Assembly (NCBI GenBank): GCA_047495785.1
Contig: JBLDXI010000042.1
Location: 3,534,001-3,598,000, forward strand
Reading direction: 5' to 3'
Origin: Lepidodermella squamata
Lineage: Eukaryota; Animalia; Gastrotricha
Length of the DNA: 64,000 nucleotides
The stretch's first letter is position 1. Each line of letters opens with the position of its first letter. The position numbers were made by a program, and so were the translations under genes. The notes beneath the pieces were generated by a model. That model made no database searches. It had not been told where the DNA came from and saw only the letters and a program-made list of their open reading frames with translations. Of this stretch, positions 47,817 to 59,700 are shown one piece after another.

Positions 47817-48496
47817 TTAGGCGGATGCAGTGGTCTGCTTTCCCTTGCCACTCTTGCCCTTGCCGCCCTTGCCGCCTTTGCCACCTTTGCCGCCCTTGCC
47901 GCCTTTGCCACCTTTGCCGCCCTTGCCGCCCTTGCCACCTTTGCCACCTTTGCCGCCTTTGCCGCCTTTGCCGACCTTGCCACCTTTGCCACCTTTGCCG
48001 CCTTTGCCGCCTTTGCCGACCTTGCCGCCCTTGCCACCTTTGCCACCTTTGCCACCTTTGCCGACCTTGCCGACCTTGCCGCCCTTGCCACCTTTGCCAC
48101 CTTTGCCACCTTTGCCGACCTTGCCGACCTTGCCGCCCTTGCCACCTTTGCCGACCTTGCCGCGCTTGCCACCTTTGGAAACCTCTTCATCTTTGCCGAT
48201 CTTGCCAGCCTTGATGCCCTTGCCCTTGATATTGCTATTGCCATGTTTGCCCTCGCCCTTGGCCACCTTGCCCTTGCCTTTGCCTTTTCCCTTGCCTATG
48301 CCATCGTTAACATCTAATGCGTCGCTGTTTACCATTCCAGAATCGAGAGATTTGGAGTGCTCTACGTTGTTATCCTCTGCCGCCACAATCCAAGCAGCGA
48401 CAAACGCCTAAATCAAATAGATGCGTATCTAAACAAAACGTTTCTTGAACGCTCAACACTTACCGCAACAAAAGTGAGAAAAATTAACTTGTTCAT
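47817..48496 (-). CDS. Secreted Gly/Lys-rich (G-K-X)n repeat protein, 2 exons (48496-48464, 48407-47817), about 207 aa
   Basis: MNKLIFLTFVA|AFVAAWIVAA signal peptide across a 56-nt GTAAGT..TAG phase-0 intron; acidic spacer; about 35 GKG/GKV triplets. TATAAAA lies about 70 nt upstream. Confidence 0.82.
47856..48177. repeat. Coding 9-bp tandem repeat (TTGCCRCCY/TTGCCGACC) encoding GKG/GKV
   Basis: Directly visible 9-nt periodicity with synonymous variation and higher-order blocks. Confidence 0.95.
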
Positions 48497-49472
48497 CTTG
48501 ACCGAAAATTGAAACGATAAATAAAATAGAAATGTATTTTACAGCTCTATCTCCTATCAATTTTATAGGCATCGCCATAAGCCAACTGTTCAAACCAGCT
48601 GTTTCAAACCAAAATATACCCTCGGAACAATTCGATGCCTGATTTTCTAAAACATCAAAAATTGAAAGATGTTTTTGGAAGACACATTTTTTGGCGATTA
48701 TGATTATGCGCTCAATGTGTAGTAGGTAATAGTCAAGGCATCACGATATTGGCGAGAAATTTAATAGCAACCGTAGATGATCATCACTTGAATATTTGCA
48801 AAAAAATAGTCGAGTATTATTTAGTCAAGATGCAGTTGCTCAGCAAAATAATTTAATGCCGGTTAAAATATTATACAAAGTTTAGGTTATGGTTTTAATT
48901 TAATCATGTTATAATTTTTCATAAGGGTGGATAAAAAGACTTTGTCAAAAAATGATCACTCCGTTCTCTATGGACCGAACATTGGTAATTAAAAGAAACA
49001 GCAATTAAGCGAAGATGCGGTAAAGTAAAAATCAGTGCACCGATGGATAGCTCGTAGGAAGAGTAATCTAAAAATGGCATGTAATTTCCATTTTGATTAT
49101 GCGGCTCCGGTTGAGCAGTCGGAGAAAACCCGGAAAACCCGAAAACCCCGATGGTAACTATTTCGGTATTTTACCCTGTTGGACCCTATTTTTCTGAATT
49201 TTTAATTGTATTGACAATTGACATGCCTTAATAATCGACGAAAGGGCAGAAGAGCAGCTGGAGGAGCATCCTGCTATTTTAGTCGAAGGTCGAAGGGTCA
49301 TGCCTCATGCCTGGTACTGATTTGAGTTGAAAAAGCTCAATTTCGAAGAAAATGTTGTTTTATTCAACCGCGGCGTTTTAATAGGTATATAATAGGTATT
49401 AATAGGTAATAGTTGAGTCGTAATAAAATTGTGCAAAAGACTTTATTCAATGAGTGAATTCAATTTGCTTCT

Positions 49473-50201
49473 CTAATTATTGTGGATCCAAAATCGAGCC
49501 GATTTTGGAGGTTCTCCGCCGTCGTAATTCTTTGACCGCGCCTCTTTCGCGTCATACTTCAACAATCGATCCCTACTTGCCAACTTTGCTTTCGGACGTG
49601 GTAAATAAAAGTTCATAAATTTAGGCACATCCTCGCTCATTTTGTCAAGCTTTTCATCTTCTGATACCAGCCCTTTAACATTAGCCTGCACGCGGCCGAG
49701 AAGTCGCTCTGTTTCCGCTAAAGACCGCCCTTCAATTCCGTCGTCGTCCTTCGAATTTCCGACAAGTTTAGCCATGCGTAACGCTTTGTCGTACCGCTTT
49801 CGTGACAATTTGCCTTGTTTCTTGCCACCCCGAGCGGCTGATCGGCCCTCGGCAAAAGCCGCAAAGCCGTCGTCGTAGTCGGCTACGTCGAACCGCTGGC
49901 CTGTTGAATCGCCAACCATTTGGCCTATAGCCAATCCCATAATCTGGTAGAAGGTCGAAAAGACAACTTGCTGGAAAAGGCTCGCGAGGAAGCCGTCACG
50001 TCGGATTCGAACCTTGGTTTTTGATTCCGCAACGTAAGGCGCTGTGTCAAAAATTGGGTCGTAATAGGCAATTTTCGGCGGCTCTTTTTCGTTAATCACA
50101 GGCAATTTTTTAGCCGGCAGATCGCCTTCGTCTAAGGGCATAACATTGGCTGAGATTCGATGATGACCCAACAGGGCGAATAAAAGCATAAAATGAAACA
50201 T
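49473..50201 (-). CDS. Secreted prepro-protein, unrecognised family, member 3
   Basis: Signal peptide; furin site RIRR followed by DGFLASLFQQVVFSTFYQIMGLAIGQMVG; ADYDDGF; EGRSA; DKALRMAKL; GIEGRSLA; NYDGGEPPKSARFWIHNN. Confidence 0.8.
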   Translation of the reverse strand: MFHFMLLFALLGHHRISANVMPLDEGDLPAKKLPVINEKEPPKIAYYDPIFDTAPYVAESKTKVRIRRDGFLASLFQQVVFSTFYQIMGLAIGQMVGDSTGQRFDVADYDDGFAAFAEGRSAARGGKKQGKLSRKRYDKALRMAKLVGNSKDDDGIEGRSLAETERLLGRVQANVKGLVSEDEKLDKMSEDVPKFMNFYLPRPKAKLASRDRLLKYDAKEARSKNYDGGEPPKSARFWIHNN

Positions 50202-50887
50202 CACGACGCCAACATCATCGTGAGAAAATCAATTAAACAATTAACGGAAAATTATTTTTAAGGTGGATTTTTCATTTTCGATTAAACAAGATATTTTTCC
50301 AACTTCGAATTTTTATTTTTAAGTATTATAAAAATTATGAATTTTCATTATCGCAACAAGCGCTTCGTCTCAGTTCTGCATCGATTTCATCGTAATTTTT
50401 TCTAGCTTCGCATGCCATATTTATAACAGAGAGGTAGATCGAAGTGCTAATAATAATAATAAGAAAAAAGGTAGAAAAAGTTTTGTTTTGAAAACAATAA
50501 TTCGTTATATAATTTTGAAAAGGTAGAGAGAGGCACAAAGTTTTGCTGAAAACACGAATCAAAGCTAATAATAATTATTGAGCATCTAAAATTATTTAAT
50601 TAAGGCGCTACACTAATAATTATAGCCCAGTGAGAAGTAAAATCTGTACATCAATATTATTAGGAATATAGCATATTTTTTGTTAAATAATTTAGACTAG
50701 ATTTGAGTCGAGTCGAGGTTTTGCAGGGTTCCAACTCATCGTCATCAAAGGTCTGGCATCACACAACCGCTCACATAATTTTTTGCGTCAATTATTTTCA
50801 TGGGCTCATATTATTGCATTTTTCTATAGAATTAAGAACGATCCTAACCGGAGCTGCAGCAGTTTTTTCAATTAGGACTCCATTTTA

Positions 50888-53800
50888 CTAATAGGCGATT
50901 GTTCTACCATCGAGAAGGTAACGATTGATCGCATGTTGCGCCAAAGCGCCGCCACCTGTTGCAGCCGCCGAGGGTAAAGGTAAGGAGGGTGGGGGTACAA
51001 ATATTGCGTCGTTGATAAAACTGCTGTGTTGACCAGCCTGAGGGCGCCGTGATATGGCGCCGCCGTCTCGTTGCTGCTGCTGTTGCTGAACATGTTCGAT
51101 AATAACCGAATACTGCGCGTTGCTATTTTGATGATGAACATTAGGTACGGGCGAGTCATTACGACTCTGCTGGCCGCTGATACTCAACGGCGGCGGGATA
51201 GGCGGGGCAGGGTGTTCAATTTCGTCCGTTGGGTGTTGCTGGCTGATCGATGAAGCTGTGGGTAAAAATCGGCCGAATACCGAGTCGAAGAACTTATTCT
51301 TCCCGCCACGGTTCGACGACCGTGACGGCGGGTGCTCGCTATCGCTGCCGTCGGTTTGACTGCCGAGGCGCGGTTTCGGGGGTAGGGGTGGGAGTTTTGA
51401 GCCGGATTTGCTGCCGTTGCTGCTTGATAGACCAATAGACGTAGGTGATGCCATTGTTTCGACGGCGACCCCAGCAGTTGGGCTCAGGTCGTTGTTCGCT
51501 TCGTCATATGGCTCCAACCCAAAGTCCGCGTTCAAAGGATTCTAGAAAAAAATTTAATTTAATTATTAAAATTCGGTGAGTAAGGAGAAACAGTCCAAAA
51601 GCGAAATTTAAGCGAGTTGTCAGTAAGCCAATCCAATTCGAAAAATTCTGAAATTCATTAACTCGTCGATAAAGATTTGATTTTTCAGAAAATTTTTCAA
51701 CTTGACGAATTTTAGGCAACTTTAAAAAATTTAGACAATTAAGAACAAAATTAAAAATCTGAAATTTTAAACATTTTAATTTTAATTTCAACGAATTTGA
51801 AAAAAATTTAATTTCTTTTTTTAATAAAATTGCTTGAGATTTCGAAATTAGTTTTCGATTTTTTTATGAACGGTTAGTGGTGCAAAACACTCTCAGTAGT
51901 AATAAAAAAGCGTTAATTAAGTGGTTATTAGTTCGGCCGTTTAGTACAAAAAAGCGGAAAATTAGGTTAGGAAATTAATTGTCCTTCGCTCTCCCTCTCT
52001 ATGTGCGCTACAACCGTGGCTTCGTACTATTTCCCTATCTTATAAAAGGTACCGATGAAGTTGCCCAGTAGTCGTAGCTTTAGAAGATGAGGTGAGTTTT
52101 TGGTTAGCGCCAGCCGTCGTTATCATCGCTTTGGTTATTTTAATCGGCCCAATAGAGCGTGACCGTGTCATCATGCAACCCTCCGCCGCCGTCATCAGCG
52201 GCGCCGAAATGTTGGCACCGCCGAAAACCGCGGCCGCAGCCGTCGTAGCAGATGTTATAGAAGCGCTTCGTTCAACACGAAGAGATGGTTTCTTACTGTT
52301 AACAAGCTGAAATTCGATAGCGGGAGGTCGCCGGCTGGGAGATAGCGATTGGTGCCGCGTGGCTTGCACCACCAAATTCGATGATTCACCACTATTTTTC
52401 CGACTTTTTCGATTCGATGAAGACGCAGCGATGGGTTGTTTCTGGTCTTTATCAACATTGCCCAGGCGCGATTTTTCTATGGCTATCGTCGGCCGGGCGC
52501 TACTGACCGTTGCTATTAAGCCCGCTCGGGTTGGAAATACCTGTTGCGCATCCAGCGCCTTGTAATAATGCGACGGAAACGGAAATAACAGCTGGCGGAT
52601 TAGTTTCGGGTATAGATGTAACGCAAACACAAAAAAAACAAAACACGCGGGGATTTAGATAAATTATTATTAATTATTTTAGGCAAAACAAAAAATAAAT
52701 AAAAATAAACTAATGAATTTATAATAGCCACACAGCAACTTTCCCGTAAGCTGGTTTATTTCAGATTTTCTATACCTGATTAGTGCTATTTTCTTCCCTC
52801 GATACGACAGCGCCATTCACGAGAATGTCATCTACGAACTTCAAGCCAGGCAGAATTTCAGATAAAAAAATGGTCAAAGAAACATTCAGTTGCTCAATTT
52901 GCTGTCCTAATTGCTCCTAAATGTTCCCGGAAACCGAGTTATAGTTTTGATTTTTGATAAATTATAAAAAATTGAAATTTTGCAAAGCTAATTGGACCTT
53001 TCGCTGAACTTGATGAACGAAAAATAGCCAAAATGATTAGCTTTAGACAAACAAAATCACTAATTTCCCAAAAATTTGCTCAGAAATTTGGAATCTATAT
53101 CTTCTGAAAACCGAAGCTGGGTCTTTATAGCCGAACCTAAATTTGCCTGCTGCGGAGCTTGGTTGTATCAGAAGCGGAACCAAATTTGGAATAACTAATT
53201 TGCCCTTTCAAAGCTTTCTCAAAATTTGCCTAAATTTCGCGATTAATTTAAAAATTCCATGAAATTCAGCGCGATTTTCATAAGGCCTTCTCATAATTTT
53301 GAAAACTCAGCGTCATCATTGTTTTACAAAATTCTTTGAAAATGAAATTTTTCGGAATTTACGGTCATTGCATTATCAAGGCCATAGCAATTATCGAGGA
53401 AAGTAAAGTCTATACTCTCTAATAATGGCTATGTAGATTATTAATTTCTTCAGATTCTTACCTCGTATTTCTTCTTATATCGCCGTTTCGCATTATTGTG
53501 ATGATTCGACGAATTTTTCGCCGGAATCGATGCCAGCGCCGTGAAATTATCCGCCGCAGAACCTTTACCAGGCTTCGGTGGGACACTGGGCGGCGTTTGC
53601 GCCGCAAATGGGTGATGATTGTTGTTATTATTATTAGGGTGTCCACTCGTCACGGTCACCGAAACTTGACCCGGCTCATGAACGGGTGGAGACGCTGTCG
53701 AGGAGTAGCCGCTACTCATGCCACCCCCGCCTGCAGTACCCGGGGGCAGAATGGTCGCCCTGTCGTTATGATGACCCCTCGGGTAGTCCAGCGACTCCGC

Positions 53801-56787
53801 TCCGGAGCTTTGCACCTCCTCGGACGAGCCGCCCTCTAAAAATCGCTGATACGCTTCATTCGTCCGCAGAATAGCCGGGTCGACCGGGCCGAGTTCGCCA
53901 CTGCTTGTCGACGGACCGCCGCCATGCAGCCATTTAACGTGAGAATCAGCGTCGATAGTCGTTCCGAGGATGCGGCGCTGCATCTCGCGAATCTGGCGCT
54001 CGCTTCGCAGGAGATAAATGCCGAGGGCGAAAACAACTGCCATTAGGATGGCTGCTATTGCCGCCAAAATGTAGACCAGGAAGGCTGACATGTCCTGACT
54101 AGCCCGATGCTCGACAACTGAACCGATTCTGATCGGCAAAATGACCTAGAAAAGGACATTTCAGTTTTTCAATTGAAATTTTCAAAATCTTAACTGACTT
54201 TTTAGATTTCAAAATAACAGAATTTTAAATTTCAATGAAATTTCAATTTTTCAATCGAAATTGTGTTATTATTTTTTGATATTTCAATTTTTAAAATTTA
54301 ATTAAAAATAGCAACATGTTAAAATTTAAAATTTCAATTTTTCAATCGAATTTTATTTTAATTTTCAATCAGTGAAAATTTTAAATCCATTTTTTCAATT
54401 AGTTATTATTTTAAAAAATTACCACAACAAGAGCAGAGTCACCCATGCGGCGCGAATCAAGAGCCGTGACCATGAACTCGAGTTGAGCCCGGTCCGATCC
54501 GATATACTGAGCAATCCTAATGACCCCCTCCTGGTCAATCTTAAACAGCCCATCAGCCGCATTGAGGGCGTAGGTGAAATTCACGCGGTTCGGGTCGGTT
54601 GGGTCCCAACCTTCCAAAGACGCCTTGCCAACCACAGCACCCTCCTCACGACTCGTCGCGTTAAACTCGAAGCGGTCCCTCTCGAACCGAGGCAAACGGC
54701 CATAGGTCGGCTGGATATTGATGATCAACTCAGCCGTGGCTGATTGCTGATGCGTATCAACCGCCGTGATAATGTAGCTAATTCTCGCCTTAGCTCTCGC
54801 ATAGGTCAGCGTTCGCGTGAAACTGACAATACCAGCCGAGTCGATGTGAAGCAAATTCGAATCGCTCGGATCACGGCCGTAGATCGAGTACGACAACGAA
54901 CTAGCCGTGTCTGTGATCACTGGAGCGTAAAAAATGCGCGATCGAGCCGAAGCCGATTCGACTACATCGATTTCGAAACGGGACCGTCCCAAAAATCGGA
55001 TGTAGTGCTTCGATATCAGAACTCGCAGCATTGCGACGGATGATTTTGCGGTGTTGTTCAACTGCGAGGCTTTCACGGTGTAGACCAGCTCGTCGACGCT
55101 TGTTGGCAATTGCCGGACGACGTAGACCTCAGCGGTTCGTTCGTTGATCATAAGGTAAGGCCTAGGATCGTCGTCGAGATCCTCCCTACCCAAGAATGTA
55201 GGGTGAAGCGAGTAGACAACGGGTATGCTGATGTACATATCGCCATCAGTGGCTAAAATTGACTGGTTAAATGAAACCAAAGTTCCCTGAAAAAATTTAA
55301 TTTAAAAAAATTATCGTAAATTATTTTTAATTATACATAGGACGCATTAGCAGCTACACTGCCGTAGTAAATTGGAGCCGTAAAAACAGGCGGTTGATCG
55401 TCGATATCAATAACGTGAATCTAAAAAATGAAAGTGAAAATAAAAAAATTCGGAAGTTTTCAATTATTTTTACAGCGACTGTGGCCGATGCTGAGTAGAC
55501 TACACAAGGGTGTTCGTGTAGGTCGCACCAGTTCGGCGTGTCCTTGACCCAGACAGTTAAATTAGCCGAGGGTATTAGCTCGTAATCAAGCGGCTTCCCA
55601 ACAGAAATTTGACCCGTATTCGTATCGATCAGGAAATAATTCTGAAAAATTAATAAAAAATTACGATTTTTTTCAAAATTTTCAAATAAAACAAACAGAA
55701 TCTGGGCCATCCTGAATCCAATAGGTCAATTGGCTGTTGCTATCGGTATCAGTCGCAATAACGTCGTGAGTCACCACAGTTCCAACAGGAGCGGCCTGGA
55801 AATTTAAGAAAATTTCACAAATTTCCCTGAATTTTTTTAATAATTTATACCTCACTAATTTGGACTCGGTAGTAAGGATGCGTAAAGGATGGTGGGTTAT
55901 CATTAACATCGATAACGTTGAACAGGTAAAAAATGTAGTAGACCATGTTGGTATTATCGCGAGGCATGCATCTGAACACGACTTGCGTCTCTTGGCCAGT
56001 CGAATTCACGAGCTCAGCATTCAGCGTCCTTAGCAACGTAAAATTGCGCGAAACTCTGTCCCAGCCAATCGCCGATCTGTCATTTTGCATTCGACTCAAA
56101 ATGACAAGGTCAGGCCGGCCTGAGGCAAAATCGAGGCGACCGATTACGCTGCCTTGTTTCGTGTCTTCGTATAAATTTTTATAGACGTAGTAACTGTTGG
56201 TCGACGACGCATCGCCGGCGAGTTGGACCGATCCAGTTATTCGACACGGGTCGTTGCCGCCCTTCAGCAACGGCGTCGTAGTTTGCTGCGTGAGTATCGT
56301 CCAAAATGACGTTTTTGGTGTCACATACATCGCCTCACGATTAGGGCCATTGTTGCTATTATTAGGCGGTGTTTGCGTTCGAACTGATAGCACCAAAAAT
56401 GCTGAAAAAATTTAAACAATTAAGGTGGCTATTTTCTCTTATTTATAAAATGAAAACCGAGGGAAATTAAATTGTGAGAAATTAAACGTGATCGAGTCTA
56501 TTTTAACAGCATCAAGGTTTTGGGTTGAACAAAATTGTGAATTAATATGGTATAAAAATTAAGGAATGAATATTTTTTCAAGTCAACACTCTCCAGCATA
56601 CCACGATTAGCAGGTAGAAACAACAATTGAACAACCGCTGTTTAGTAAATAAAATTATGAAATTATATCAAAAAAGAGTGCAAAATCAACTAAAGGATCA
56701 GAAGCTAAAGGTAATAAAACTGGTGATGAAAAATTATAGAGACTTACCAAGTAGTATCAAAATTCGGCTTGATTTGTAGTAGTTCAT
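50888..56787 (-). CDS. Single-pass non-classical cadherin (about 5 EC repeats) with long disordered Pro-rich cytoplasmic tail
   Basis: Signal exon MNYYKSSRILILL; Ca-binding motifs DVNDNPP, ATDTD, LDYE, DIDDQPP; TM AFLVYILAAIAAILMAVVFALGIYLL. Phase-0 donor at 53461 matches the phase-0 acceptor at 51542. SH3-type ligand PPLPPKPR. Confidence 0.82.
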
Positions 56788-59700
56788 GTTTCAAATCATC
56801 ATCATCGTAAAATTTTGGCGATTTTTCCAGTTAAATTCTATAATATATTAGGATATAGGAAATATTATTGCGATGATGAGTGTGTCAATATCGATATTGC
56901 GTAATTAAACATGAAGTGGGGGCGAGTGCGCGGGCGGGGTCAAGCGGCGCCCGGCTGATACCAGCGGCTCAAAGATGCGCTACAACAAAAGTAACAATAT
57001 CTCAACGCGCGGGTATAATATTATCACGATCATCATCTCATCGCTCTAATCCCATTCCTCCTCGCCCTATTGAAAATATTGTAGCATTATAACGCCGTAC
57101 CATTTCGATGTTTTGACTATTTTCTAAACCAGGTGGGGCGGGCTGCCTTTCGCGCCTCTAGTGGTTAGGTACACAAAACAGTCTCAACACAATCGTAAAC
57201 AAGTGCGATAATCCCGATGAGATGCAATATATAAGTCACAAAAACGCAACGCCTCGAGGCCTATTATTGTTATAATTGGAAAAATGTATATCTTTAAGGT
57301 GGCCTGGGGTGGTTGAAAATAAAAAACTTGAGTCATCCCTGAGGAGTATCTCTTTTTGCCGTTGTTGTTGTGTACAACAATAAGAAGTATCTATTGCCAT
57401 CGGGGTAATTTTTCAGTTAATCAAAGCGCAAGAAAAGAACACAAACAAAGAAATTCAATACGAAATTTTTAGTTTTATTAAATTTACGAGTTTGATATTA
57501 TGATTACTTATATTGTTATTTCGATGTGCCGCGAACTATATATAAGACGCATATATATGAGAAAATTTTATACTTATTATTAAGGCGGCGCTTGCGCGTT
57601 TGTGTCACCTTTGTTGCGTCTTATAAATCAAGCGATGCGATTTATCGCGTACTTCCGATCGGCGAAAAGAGGCCGATTTAAAATATTTTTCGCGTCCATA
57701 ACTTTTGGGCCCTTCGGAAAAAAGTTCGAAGTCTAATGTAATATTTTCGAAAAATAAATATATACATTCGCCGTGTTTGTATAAACGAAGGAAAATATTG
57801 TTTTTCGAGCATCGATGCGATTTTCGTGAATGGGAAATATATAATTATTATTTATGCTTTTATTCGACCGCGCTCCTACATAACGTTTCGCGTGTAATTT
57901 TTGTTACGCCAAGCGCAACATGGCCTAAATTAATAGGAAAAATCATTATTTCGCGCGTTAATATAATTGCTGATGCGATAGATAACAACGTAGGAAGTCA
58001 AATATATCGCGTCACGCACTGGTGAGAATAAAGTTTTACGCTAAAATAGCGCGCAGATGATATCATAATGAACAAAACGCAGTAATTAGACAGGATAAAT
58101 TCAGGATTTCATTTGTTGATGCCGTCACGGCGAAACGCTCAGTTTAACAGCAAATATCGGTAAACAATAAACAACAAGGTATGGTAATAAAGTTCCCGAA
58201 AAATCGGAATTTTTCGTGGTCGCAAATGATGTCTATGCGTCGATAATAGACACCGCTGTAATATGTCTGGTGACTCGTGGGTTAATCGCGCGTGCCAGGG
58301 CGCTTCCGGTAAAAGTGTCTCGTGAGCGATAAAATGTATAGGTCACGCGCGCGCTTATTTGGCCCAACTGCCCCTGCGAAATATACCTACGTAGTCGAGC
58401 ATAAGCGGTTTTATGACACGTGCGCGGAAGCTGGTATCACATCATCATCGCATCGAGTGCCGACTAGCAGGTAGGCAGGCAGGCAGGGTAACAGCCAGGT
58501 ATATTTGTGAGATGACAACGCGCATTAGACGTGTGACAAAAACTGCGCAGCCAGGGCAAACAAAAAAGCCGCAGGAAAAATACCTACATATTATTACCTA
58601 TACCTACCCACCTGTAATGAAGAAATAGCGATGAGCCGGCGTATATTATTGTTCAAGTTCGGGTTTATTGGCCCATCGGCGCAGGCCGGCGCCGTACAAA
58701 AGACGCCAAGCAGAGTGAAAGGCGAAACTTCCGCGTCGCCACAAGCACAAACAAGATATCCTACATATAGTACACATATATAACGCAGGGTGTTCAATGC
58801 GTGTGCGCCTTGTTGAAAAGCTAAGATATAGTATTAATATTCCTAATAATACGCGAAATTATTTCTCAGCTCACCGCACCTTAATATAATTACTATCTCA
58901 TTTTGTTGTTCATCATCTCCGCGATGATGGATGGCGCCCTTGAAAGTTCAAGCGCGCATAGTTCCGCGCGAGACAAGCAAAAAACGAGTGTGTTTGTATT
59001 TTTCACACCTGTATTAAGGCGTTGCAACCGCGCAGCAAATAACAAACAAGTCAGAAAGGTGTTAATCGAGTTTGAAAAAGCCAAACTTTCTATGTCATCA
59101 TCAGGTCGAATCTTGTTTTTCTCTGCGCACCTAAAAAAATTGCCATAAAATATTTAAAAATTCGCACTAAAATATAAAATCGAGAGGGAATTGAAAAATG
59201 AAAATTGCAGGAGCGTAATATATAATATTTCGCAAAATATTTTCATAGCACCTATTCGCGACTTTTAATCAGGAAAAAACAGTTATTGTTTACCTGTAAA
59301 AAAATAAGGATTAAATTAGGAAAAAATTCTCACGGCCTAAAATTAAAAACTTGATTTATGATGATGTTCGATATTAATCTGAGGAATTTTGTTGTTACAG
59401 CTTTTATTGCAGTCAGTTAACGCGTGTTATAAACCTATTGTTGGTTTTAGCGTTGCAAAATGAAGCGGCGAACCGTTTTCTGTCGCACCGAGTTTTCACG
59501 GACCAAAAGTAGCGCGCGCGTGTTGTCGCAAAGGTGAGACGCGAGCGAGCAAAAGCGTTTAGCTTAAAAATTATGATAATATTTATACAAATTATTAACA
59601 ACACACTCGACCGCGAGCGACAGCGCCGTGATTTTATACAACGCTCAATTTTATTACAATAATATCACCATGCCTAATTTTGCGACAATTGTGCCGTGTC

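Noticed and set aside
47714-48411. Cys-rich (CRPCHL), Pro/Leu-rich (PLP) and Ala/Lys-rich (AKVA) ORFs over the 9-bp repeat
   Set aside because: Alternative-frame and antisense shadows of the repeat. Only the GKG frame has a spliced signal peptide and a TATA box, and it absorbs most of the repeat variation at synonymous positions.
46720-49740. IEGR as a factor Xa site or vector-derived tag
   Set aside because: It is embedded in a natural family motif that varies between paralogs (IVGR, GGR, EGR), and there is no vector context.
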